A stretch of 64,000 bases of DNA, from positions 1 through 64,000 of IMG/VR virus record IMGVR_UViG_3300007609_000008, one strand, 5' to 3'. Position numbers and translations under genes: made by a program. Under the pieces are notes generated by a model, which made no database searches, was not told where the DNA came from, and saw only the letters and a program-made list of their open reading frames with translations. The DNA comes from a virus. Shown piece after piece: positions 27,983 through 35,056 of the stretch (position 1 is the stretch's first letter; each line of letters begins with the position of its first letter).

Positions 27983-28687
27983 ATGAAAAAATATGCAACC
28001 ATAAAAGAAGCAAAAGACAAAGAACTTAAGTTTTTACCAAAAAAATTTAAATGGTTAGGCACGGACTCTGTAGAAACTTTTATGAAGCAGAGTAAAGAGC
28101 ATCAGAACCATTGGAATAATCAGCCGCCTATTGAGTATGACATTAACCACTATGGTTTTAGATCTGCCAAATTTCCCGAGATCAAAACAAGAGAGTCCAT
28201 TACCTTCATTGGCTGTTCGAACACAGTGGGAATTGGAATGGATAAAGAAAGGTGTTGGACTCATCTACTCTCTCAGAAACTAGGTCTTGAAGAAATAAAC
28301 CTAGGAGTAGGAGGCAGTTCAACAGACACAGCGTTTCGTGTGTACAATGAATGGCAACCAATACACAGAAGCAAAATCACTTGCTTTCTTTTGCCACCTT
28401 CAGCCAGATTGGAACTTTGTGAAGAGAATGAATGGCGAAATATTGGACACTGGTCAGAAGGAATAATTGAACCAGACTTACTGTCTAATCTTTTAGATCC
28501 CACTCTCAATGAGGTGAGAACGGACAGAAATGTAGCAGCAGTAAAACATATTGCACAAGAGACATTGTCCAGAATAATCGTGTTACCTTATCATGCTAGA
28601 TTAAAAAATGATTTTGCGAGAGATAACATGCATGCTGGTGCAGAATGGCATAAAGCAATTGCTGAAGCCTTTGAGAAAAAAATATAA
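27983..28687 (+). CDS. SGNH-like protein
   Basis: INHYGFRS, FIGCSNT.G.G, INLGVGGSS, DNMHAG..WH. Confidence 0.6.
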   Translation: MKKYATIKEAKDKELKFLPKKFKWLGTDSVETFMKQSKEHQNHWNNQPPIEYDINHYGFRSAKFPEIKTRESITFIGCSNTVGIGMDKERCWTHLLSQKLGLEEINLGVGGSSTDTAFRVYNEWQPIHRSKITCFLLPPSARLELCEENEWRNIGHWSEGIIEPDLLSNLLDPTLNEVRTDRNVAAVKHIAQETLSRIIVLPYHARLKNDFARDNMHAGAEWHKAIAEAFEKKI

Positions 28688-28690
28688 ATA
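28683..28690 (+). promoter_or_regulatory. T4-type late promoter TATAAATA
   Basis: Exact motif upstream of 28720-iscU-iscA. Confidence 0.65.
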
Positions 28691-28719
28691 ATGTTATTAA
28701 TTACCCATACAGAGGCATT

Positions 28720-28896
28720 ATGAAAAAGACCTACAGCAGTCTAACACAGCTCAAAGTAGAAATAGAAAGAGAAGGCAAGTGCGAAGTCCTAGAATTCAAT
28801 GGCATGCACTTGATAGTCCAATGCGACAACAAAAAAATAAGATACGGCCTTAACAGAGGCGAAGTCATCGAAACAATCCTATTGGAGAAGAACTAA
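28720..28896 (+). CDS. Small protein, 58 aa (not in ORF track)
   Basis: GAGG RBS; MKKTYSSLTQLKVEIEREGKC..., TAATG overlap with iscU. Confidence 0.65.
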   Translation: MKKTYSSLTQLKVEIEREGKCEVLEFNGMHLIVQCDNKKIRYGLNRGEVIETILLEKN

Positions 28897-29270
28897 TGGC
28901 CTATTCAGATAAGGTAGTTGATCATTACGAGAACCCAAGAAACGTAGGTAAATTTGATCCAGCAGAAGCAAACATCGGCACAGGCATGGTAGGAGCACCC
29001 GCTTGTGGTGATGTCATGCGACTCCAGATCGAGGTAGAGGAAGGTGTGATCACTGACGCTAAATTCAAAACCTACGGCTGTGGATCAGCAATCGCATCCT
29101 CATCCTTGCTCACGGAATGGGTCAAAGGTAGAACACTAGAACAGGCAAAAGAAATCAAGAACACAGACCTAGCAGAAGAACTAGAACTACCTCCTGTCAA
29201 AGTCCATTGTTCAGTACTAGCGGAAGACGCAATCAAAGCAGCCATCAAGGACTATCAGGACAAGCAATGA
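28896..29270 (+). CDS. iscU: Fe-S cluster scaffold IscU
   Basis: MAYSDKVVDHYENPRNVG, APACGDVM, GCGSAIASSS, KVHCSVLAEDA. Confidence 0.97.
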   Translation: MAYSDKVVDHYENPRNVGKFDPAEANIGTGMVGAPACGDVMRLQIEVEEGVITDAKFKTYGCGSAIASSSLLTEWVKGRTLEQAKEIKNTDLAEELELPPVKVHCSVLAEDAIKAAIKDYQDKQ

Positions 29271-29593
29271 CAGTCGCAGCATTCACACCACAAGCATTGA
29301 TCCTGACAGAAAAAGCAAAAGAAAAAGCAAATTCTCTCAAGGAAGACAATAAACTATTAAGAGTCTACGTACACGGCGGAGGCTGTTCAGGCTTCCAATA
29401 CGGATTCTCTATAGAAGAAAAGCAAGAAGACGACACCGTTATAGACAACGCAGTATTAGTAGACAGCCTATCCTATTCCTATGTAGTAGGCTCAACGCTA
29501 GACTATAAAGAAGACATCATGGGAAGCCAATTCACAGTCACAAACCCAAACGCAGTAGGCACCTGTGGTTGTGGCGTATCGTTTACGGTATAA
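29267..29593 (+). CDS. iscA: A-type Fe-S carrier (IscA/ErpA, HesB family)
   Basis: GGCSGFQY and TCGCGVSF. Confidence 0.93.
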   Translation: MTVAAFTPQALILTEKAKEKANSLKEDNKLLRVYVHGGGCSGFQYGFSIEEKQEDDTVIDNAVLVDSLSYSYVVGSTLDYKEDIMGSQFTVTNPNAVGTCGCGVSFTV

Positions 29594-29598
29594 TAACC

Positions 29599-30333
29599 AT
29601 GAAAAATACTCTCTGGACATTCGGTGATTCTTTCATCAACACTTACAGTCGTATGCCAATAGGCGAGAACTGGACTCAAATGCTTGCCAAAAAACTTGGC
29701 ATGGAACTCAAAGACTTCGGGCTTTCTGGATCAAGTCTAGAATATTCTACTTTCCAATACACAGAACACTATGATGAAATAAAAGAAGGAGACATTGTAA
29801 TAGTCGCACTGACAGCCTTTGGTGCAAGAAAATGGCTAAATATTAATGACATAAGAATACAAACCCCCCATAGATTAGAATCCGCCGAAGACCTAACAGA
29901 ACAAGACAAACAACACTACAGCAGAGTCTTCGCCGAACACGATATCAGAACAACGGCCAGTCTCTTCACACTGTTCATGCACTCACTATCCGATCTAAAG
30001 AAACAAAAAGGAGTCAAAGTCGTTGCCCTACCCTGTTTCGAACACGGCACTCTGTATCTAGATGGACTAAGCCTTACTAATATTCCTAAAGTAAAAGGAA
30101 ATCTACGACACCATATTTCTGACCATGAAGTCAAAGGATCATCTGAACAAAAACAATGCTTACAGTTTGATGACCCTAGAGTTAATCACATGGAAAAATG
30201 TAATCACATAATCCTAGCAGAAAAGGTGTATGAATCACTTATAAACGATACAGACATAGACCTAACAACAGGCTTTCACGCAGAAGTCCTCAATGCAAAT
30301 GACTTCGTTTTGTACAATCGCCCGCAGAGATAA
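29599..30333 (+). CDS. SGNH/GDSL-like protein
   Basis: WTFGDS...LAKKLGM...GSSLE; paralog of 25847..26584. Confidence 0.65.
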   Translation: MKNTLWTFGDSFINTYSRMPIGENWTQMLAKKLGMELKDFGLSGSSLEYSTFQYTEHYDEIKEGDIVIVALTAFGARKWLNINDIRIQTPHRLESAEDLTEQDKQHYSRVFAEHDIRTTASLFTLFMHSLSDLKKQKGVKVVALPCFEHGTLYLDGLSLTNIPKVKGNLRHHISDHEVKGSSEQKQCLQFDDPRVNHMEKCNHIILAEKVYESLINDTDIDLTTGFHAEVLNANDFVLYNRPQR

Positions 30334-30344
30334 GCAGACAAAAA

Positions 30345-30803
30345 ATGATCTATTTCCCAATCAATTTCAAACTCACAGCAAGCCAAATAAACCCCCTCCT
30401 GGCACATGATAAACTCACAGATTATTATAAACATCACGGCAAGTCAGGCTACCATAACCTAGACTTCGGAAAGGTACCAAAGGAACTAACAAAAGAAATT
30501 ACAAAATTCTTTCCTAATCCAGATAAGATTACTCTAGTCGCTATAGATAAGAACAAAACAGTACCAGTCCATACAGACGGAAACTATGGAAGAAAAACAG
30601 TCATTATCTTTCCATTAACAGATAACTACGCTCCCTGTATAGCAGATAACACAGAAATACCCTATATGCATTGTTATGCGTTTAATACACAGATACCACA
30701 CACAGTCATAAACAATGACACTAGAAGGATAAGCCTCCAATTATGGTACGATATTGATATAGAACAACTGTACAGAGAAATGACACAGATAGAGCATAGA
30801 TAG
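30345..30803 (+). CDS. 2OG-Fe(II)/AspH-like oxygenase
   Basis: VPVHTDG, FNTQIPHTV, RRISLQ. Confidence 0.65.
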   Translation: MIYFPINFKLTASQINPLLAHDKLTDYYKHHGKSGYHNLDFGKVPKELTKEITKFFPNPDKITLVAIDKNKTVPVHTDGNYGRKTVIIFPLTDNYAPCIADNTEIPYMHCYAFNTQIPHTVINNDTRRISLQLWYDIDIEQLYREMTQIEHR

Positions 30804-30905
30804 TACCCTAAGAGAGACAACGTTTCGCTATATAGAGCAAAAGCGAGACAACGTTTCATCATTCTATACATGAAGTATGGTTCCACGATACCACCAGAAA
30901 ATCCA

Positions 30906-31143
30906 CAGATGCAAATCCACACGGGTACCGCCACTGGAACTCAGATGCGAGCGGAAATGCGGGTCGAGATGCAGATTCCGTAGCTATTCGAGATGCAGAT
31001 TTATATTCTAGCACAGGTGCAGCCGAATGTCAACCCCAGATGCGAAAAAAGTACGAGCCCAGGTGCAGACTCTGGTCCACGTAGGTGCAGATTAGGGTAG
31101 GACACAGGTGCAGATGAAGGCCCAGACGCAGACCCAGACGTAC
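30906..31143. repeat. Iteron-like direct-repeat array, core (C/G/T)AGRTGC(A/G)
   Basis: Copies at 30906, 30942, 30966, 30990, 31014, 31037, 31060, 31082, 31105, degenerate at 31123 and 31135; spacing 22-24 bp. Confidence 0.8.
31005..31033 (-). promoter_or_regulatory. Leftward sigma70 promoter inside repeat array
   Basis: Minus strand GGGGTTGACA-17 bp-TAGAAT with TGn extended -10. Confidence 0.7.
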
Positions 31144-31148
31144 ACAGA

Positions 31149-31240
31149 GACACAGGCCCTGCCCAGATGAGCCATATAGAGCCTAATTCCTCTAGCGTAT
31201 AGGGTATCCATCAGAAGGCCAGCCGGGCAGGGCCTGTGTC
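31149..31240. repeat. Perfect 16-bp inverted repeat, 60-nt loop
   Basis: GACACAGGCCCTGCCC (31149-64) and GGGCAGGGCCTGTGTC (31225-40). Confidence 0.85.
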
Positions 31241-31480
31241 CCGGTAAATTCCATTGATGGCCGAAAAAATTCCATTGATGGCTTGATGGAGTTCCGGGCA
31301 GGGGCAGGGCAGGAATTCCGGGAGCTGGAGTTCCGGGAAAATCTCTGCGGCCCTGGCCACTGGAGCCCTAGATCCGCTGAGGCCTGACCATGGCCAAAAC
31401 CTCAATGATATCAACTACTTAGAAAACCCTAATGAAATCAAGCACTTGGCGCCAGTGCCTTTTTTCAGGGTTGAGGGATC

Positions 31481-31509
31481 AGTATAGCATACGGAATTCC
31501 ATTTGTCAA
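31481..31509 (-). promoter_or_regulatory. Leftward sigma70 promoter, back-to-back with first early cassette
   Basis: Minus strand GGGGTTGACA-17 bp-TATACT, leader AACCCTGAAAAAAGG. Confidence 0.75.
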
Positions 31510-31545
31510 CCCCTAATTTTGATTTTATTTGATACAAATTAATGG

Positions 31546-31574
31546 TTGACATTTACGGATACCTGTGTCATAAT
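31546..31574 (+). promoter_or_regulatory. Early promoter cassette 1
   Basis: TTGACA-17-CATAAT, ACAAACTGAAAAAGGAAC leader. Confidence 0.88.
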
Positions 31575-31603
31575 AGCTCTACAAACTGAAAAAAGGAACT
31601 GAA

Positions 31604-31855
31604 ATGAACCAAGCCTTTAGGAATGAAATGATGACCCTAGGTACTGTACTGGAAGAGGTACACCGTAATATGCAGGCCTGTGCGGAATCCGATTCCCTTC
31701 GTATCGATGACCTTAATTCCCAGTGGGAGCTCCTACAGGAGTACGAATATGACGGTCCAGAGTCGCTCCAGCACCACGTCTATTATAGTGGTATGGATAC
31801 GGAGCCACGAGAGGAGCTCCTGGAGATAGTCCTGAAACATACTGTAACAAAATAA
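31604..31855 (+). CDS. Early hypothetical protein
   Basis: 83 aa, own promoter and RBS. Confidence 0.7.
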   Translation: MNQAFRNEMMTLGTVLEEVHRNMQACAESDSLRIDDLNSQWELLQEYEYDGPESLQHHVYYSGMDTEPREELLEIVLKHTVTK

Positions 31856-31858
31856 TGG

Positions 31859-31887
31859 TTGACATTTAGGGAAAAGCCTGTCATAAT
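31859..31887 (+). promoter_or_regulatory. Early promoter cassette 2
   Basis: TTGACA-17-CATAAT. Confidence 0.88.
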
Positions 31888-31918
31888 AGCCATACAAACT
31901 AAAAAGAGGAAAGAAAAT

Positions 31919-32266
31919 ATGTCAATTTACCAAGTCAACGCAGTAACCTCCATCAACGGATCATACCTATCTGCCCGTGAGCAGGCCCTGGGCATGGATC
32001 GCCATACCCTAAGCTCAGATGGTCGTCTGGAGACCATCACTAAGGAATTCCGTACAGTGGAAAAGTTTACGGAAACCACACTCGGTACGGTTCTAGTCGG
32101 ACAGTCCTTCCTTAAGTATGACCTGCTCGCTAGGAATGTGGCCAAGTATGAGAAGCTGCCCCTATCGTCAAAGGTCAAGGTAGGATTCAATGGTAAACAG
32201 AAGGAAATCCACTTCGACGGCAAGCGATTTGTCCAGATTGGTACTGATTACCATGGGGAAGTGTAA
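31919..32266 (+). CDS. Early hypothetical protein
   Basis: ATG after GAGGA RBS (ORF track start falls in promoter). Confidence 0.7.
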   Translation: MSIYQVNAVTSINGSYLSAREQALGMDRHTLSSDGRLETITKEFRTVEKFTETTLGTVLVGQSFLKYDLLARNVAKYEKLPLSSKVKVGFNGKQKEIHFDGKRFVQIGTDYHGEV

Positions 32267-32283
32267 AAAAGTTAAAAAAAGGG

Positions 32284-32312
32284 TTGACAAATAGGAAAAA
32301 GCCTGTCATAAT
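32284..32312 (+). promoter_or_regulatory. Early promoter cassette 3
   Basis: TTGACA-17-CATAAT. Confidence 0.88.
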
Positions 32313-32347
32313 AGCTCTACAAACTGAAAAAAACGAGGAAAATCATC

Positions 32348-32713
32348 ATGGCATATGTATCACAAGCGGACAAAAAAGCACTGGCTCCTGAAATCAAGCG
32401 AGTCCTCAATAAGTACGGCATGAAAGGTACCCTAGCAGTCCGCAACCACATGACCCTAGTCTGTAATATCAAGTCTGGCAAGCTGGATTTCACTGAAGGC
32501 ACTCACGGTGACGGCTACACTCAGGTAAATCCTTATTGGATCGACCGTACTTACACTGGTGAGAAGGAAGCCTTCCTCACTGAGCTCCTAGGAGCGATGA
32601 AAGGTCCAGACTTCTATGATCGCTCGGATGTTATGACCGATTATTTCGATATTTCCCATTATACTGATATTAATATCGGCGACTGGAACAAGCCTTACAC
32701 CAAAGTTTCATAG
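32348..32713 (+). CDS. Conserved early phage protein
   Basis: MAYVSQ..K...LAVRNH...DYFDISHY.DINIG.WNKPY, a family I recognise from phage early regions; function unknown. Confidence 0.7.
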   Translation: MAYVSQADKKALAPEIKRVLNKYGMKGTLAVRNHMTLVCNIKSGKLDFTEGTHGDGYTQVNPYWIDRTYTGEKEAFLTELLGAMKGPDFYDRSDVMTDYFDISHYTDINIGDWNKPYTKVS

Positions 32714-32720
32714 TTTCCTC

Positions 32721-32778
32721 TGGGGGGAGTGGTTACCCCCCAAACTCTCGGGCAGGGTTACTCCTTTTCTCCCTGCCC
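32721..32778 (+). ncRNA. Putative structured RNA (two GC-rich hairpins) before terminator
   Basis: TGGGGGG-AGTGGTTA-CCCCCCA and GGGCAGGG-13 nt-CCCTGCCC. Confidence 0.35.
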
Positions 32779-32785
32779 ACTTTAT

Positions 32786-32810
32786 AGCCCCCGTTTTGGG
32801 GGCTTTTTTT
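32786..32810 (+). terminator. Rho-independent terminator
   Basis: AGCCCCC-GTTTT-GGGGGCT followed by T run. Confidence 0.85.
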
Positions 32811-32815
32811 GTCTA

Positions 32816-32888
32816 TAAACCCTTGATTTTGAACTAAAAAACATCTTTTTTTAACTTTTTTTAAAAGGTTTTGTAAATCAAGGGGTTA
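32816..32888. repeat. TAAnnnnTTGATTT inverted-repeat element
   Basis: TAAACCCTTGATTT-45 bp-AAATCAAGGGGTTA upstream of cassette 4. Confidence 0.7.
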
Positions 32889-32913
32889 GCACCAGTAAAA
32901 AAGTAGAAAAAGG

Positions 32914-32941
32914 TTGACAAAACCGAAAAACCATGTATAAT
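32914..32941 (+). promoter_or_regulatory. Early promoter cassette 4
   Basis: TTGACA-16-TATAAT. Confidence 0.85.
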
Positions 32942-32975
32942 GTAACCATAAACTGAAAAAAACGAGGAAATAACC

Positions 32976-33266
32976 ATGATCGTATATAAAATCCCAAGTG
33001 AAACCACAGCCATCCGCTATAAAAAGGTAGTAAATGCCAGGGGCAAATATGCATTCGGTGGATTAAAGCGGGCAGGGTCGAAGGAATCCTATAACATAGA
33101 TCAGGCCATCGCCATTCTGAATAGGTACTCTGGTAAGGCAATCCCACGAGAGAAGCTCCTTCAGGCCTTCTCCAAGAAGTTTAATGCCACCGAGGCATCC
33201 AAGAATATCAAGGCAGCCTATATGACCTTGTGGTTCACCAAGAACAAATTAATTAAGGAAATATAA
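32976..33266 (+). CDS. Early basic hypothetical protein
   Basis: 96 aa, GAGGA RBS. Confidence 0.7.
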   Translation: MIVYKIPSETTAIRYKKVVNARGKYAFGGLKRAGSKESYNIDQAIAILNRYSGKAIPREKLLQAFSKKFNATEASKNIKAAYMTLWFTKNKLIKEI

Positions 33267-33274
33267 AAAAAAGG

Positions 33275-33302
33275 TTGACAAATCGGATTTTTAGTGTATA
33301 AT
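33275..33302 (+). promoter_or_regulatory. Early promoter cassette 5
   Basis: TTGACA-16-TATAAT-GTAACCACAAATCAGAGAAAAAGGAAATAA. Confidence 0.85.
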
Positions 33303-33334
33303 GTAACCACAAATCAGAGAAAAAGGAAATAATC

Positions 33335-33526
33335 ATGACCAAGACTAACCACAGAGAAATGGCAGATAAGCTAATCCAAGAATTCCTAAAGAATGGCGGT
33401 ACTATCACCAAGGTACCAGCTAAGCCAGTACGGGTACGCCATATTGCCGGGCTCAAGTGGGCAAGTATCGCTCACACAGGCCGTAAGCAAATCACCGTGG
33501 CCAGAATGTTATCTCAGGGAGTGTAA
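33335..33526 (+). CDS. Early small protein
   Basis: EFLKNGGTITKVP motif. Confidence 0.7.
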   Translation: MTKTNHREMADKLIQEFLKNGGTITKVPAKPVRVRHIAGLKWASIAHTGRKQITVARMLSQGV

Positions 33527-33534
33527 AAAAAGGG

Positions 33535-33562
33535 TTGACAAATCCAAAAAACCCTGTATAAT
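33535..33562 (+). promoter_or_regulatory. Early promoter cassette 6
   Basis: TTGACA-16-TATAAT; downstream leader identical to cassette 5. Confidence 0.85.
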
Positions 33563-33594
33563 GTAACCACAAATCAGAGAAAAAGGAAATAACC

Positions 33595-34296
33595 ATGAAA
33601 TACCTATCTATCGGTTCAAACGCTAAGACAATCAAGTCGGACAAGGGCGGCGAGTACCTAACCGCTATCATGTACATGGCTCCAGCAGATACAGTGGACG
33701 GTATCAACGTCTGCCCTACGGCTGAATTAGCTGGTTGTAAGTCTGCCTGCCTATACAAGGCTGGCATGGGCTCATTTTCGAACGTCCAGAAAGCCCGTAT
33801 GGCCAAGACTATCGCATTCCGTGACAATCCAGTGGCTTTCGTGGACCAGCTGGCAGATGATATCCAAAAAGGTATCAAAAAAGCCACCAAGAAGGGTGTC
33901 CAGCTAGTCGTCCGTCTCAATGGCACCTCAGATATCGCTTGGGAGAACCAGAAAGGCTCAAATGGCCTAAACCTCATGGACACCTTCCCTGATACCCAAT
34001 TCTATGACTACACCAAACTCCCTGGCCGTAAAGTGCCAGCCAACTACCACCTCACTGTATCTTACTCAGAGGCCAACCTAGCCTACGCTTCTAAGGCTAA
34101 CCGTACCACTCACAACCTAGCAGTGGTATTCCGCAAGGATCTCCCAGAAGTCTTCCTAGGACGTAAGGTTATCAATGGCGACAAGGACGACCTTCGCTTC
34201 CTAGATCTGGCCAACGTGGTCGTCGGTCTAATCGCTAAGGGCCCAGCCAAGAAGGATACCTCTGGCTTCGTAATCGACGGTCACGCAAGTATCTGA
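33595..34296 (+). CDS. Gp88-like protein (radical-SAM-like Cys motif)
   Basis: NAKTIK, CPTAELAGCKSACL, VRLNGTSDI.WE, FYDYTK, DKDDLRFLD. Confidence 0.75.
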   Translation: MKYLSIGSNAKTIKSDKGGEYLTAIMYMAPADTVDGINVCPTAELAGCKSACLYKAGMGSFSNVQKARMAKTIAFRDNPVAFVDQLADDIQKGIKKATKKGVQLVVRLNGTSDIAWENQKGSNGLNLMDTFPDTQFYDYTKLPGRKVPANYHLTVSYSEANLAYASKANRTTHNLAVVFRKDLPEVFLGRKVINGDKDDLRFLDLANVVVGLIAKGPAKKDTSGFVIDGHASI

Positions 34297-34327
34297 TTCC
34301 ATTAAGGTAAATAATTACAAAAAAGGG

Positions 34328-34356
34328 TTGACAAATACCAAAACCCTGTGTATAAT
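34328..34356 (+). promoter_or_regulatory. Early promoter cassette 7
   Basis: TTGACA-17-TATAAT. Confidence 0.88.
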
Positions 34357-34388
34357 GTACTTACAAACTGAAAAAAAGAGGAAAAACC

Positions 34389-34604
34389 ATGCAACCAATA
34401 ACTAAGCAATTCGTCAAAATGTATAACGAGGCAGATATCATGGCCTCACGCTCTAATCAGATGATCGCTTGGATGATCGAAACCCTAGAGCAACAATCGG
34501 CTGAAGGCAACCTAGATCGTAACGGTCAGGTACACCTAGCCCTAGGTAAAGAGTTTAAGGAAGAGCTTGAGGCTTATCTAGCCAAGCCCATCGGAGGAGA
34601 ATAA
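34389..34604 (+). CDS. Early hypothetical protein
   Basis: 71 aa, GAGGA RBS. Confidence 0.7.
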   Translation: MQPITKQFVKMYNEADIMASRSNQMIAWMIETLEQQSAEGNLDRNGQVHLALGKEFKEELEAYLAKPIGGE

Positions 34605-34605
34605 G

Positions 34606-34695
34606 ATGATGGCAATCCTTAAGGAACTCCTAATCTGTACCGCAGTCGGCCTAGCTCTAGCTCTCCTATTAGGCTGGCAGCTCCTCCTAGCTTAG
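34606..34695 (+). CDS. Small hydrophobic membrane peptide, 29 aa (not in ORF track)
   Basis: GGAGGAG RBS; MMAILKELLICTAVGLALALLLGWQLLLA. Confidence 0.6.
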   Translation: MMAILKELLICTAVGLALALLLGWQLLLA

Positions 34696-34700
34696 ACCAG

Positions 34701-34756
34701 AGAGCGTCCCTAAATCCCAGAATCCGAGGTAGGGTTTTGGTACCAGGGACGCTTCT
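34701..34756 (+). terminator. Long-loop hairpin closing the early array
   Basis: AGAGCGTCCCT...AGGGACGCTTCT; no strong U tract. Confidence 0.45.
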
Positions 34757-34910
34757 ATATAACGGTATATACCCACCAGCCATGTTTCAAGGTCACAGGG
34801 TTCCTTCACAGAGATTCCCTATATAAAAAAATTGCAGAAAATTTTTCGCAGCCAAAAAAGTCGGCACAGAACTCGGCAACCAACGGCGGGCAAAAAAGAG
34901 CAAATAATGG

Positions 34911-35025
34911 TTGACAGCCCAGTACAACCCTGTTATAATTGGACATGTCCCCTTTAAGAATAGATCTATTGGAGTGTATTAGATCTATAATAACGCTTGA
35001 CAATACCCCAAGAATTTTGTATAAT
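34911..35025 (+). promoter_or_regulatory. Two tandem sigma70 promoters with intervening AGATCT palindromes
   Basis: TTGACA-17-TATAAT at 34911-39 and 34997-35025; ATAGATCTAT and TAGATCTAT at 34960-88. Confidence 0.8.
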
Positions 35026-35056
35026 GTCTATACACAATGAGAAATGGAGAACAGCA

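Noticed and set aside
25847-30333. Diversity-generating retroelement TR/VR pair
   Set aside because: Paralogs are diverged throughout, not by adenine-specific substitutions, and no reverse transcriptase is present
30674-30934. 86-aa minus-strand ORF
   Set aside because: Overlaps the 2OG gene antisense, no RBS, no recognisable motif
30906-31143. CRISPR array
   Set aside because: Repeat core is only 7-10 bp, degenerate, with about 23-bp period; no 25-45 bp conserved repeats or spacer-length units; no cas genes
31211-31414. 67-aa minus-strand ORF as product of the leftward promoter
   Set aside because: No SD, Pro/Ala/Arg composition typical of GC-rich non-coding DNA, runs through hairpin and direct repeats
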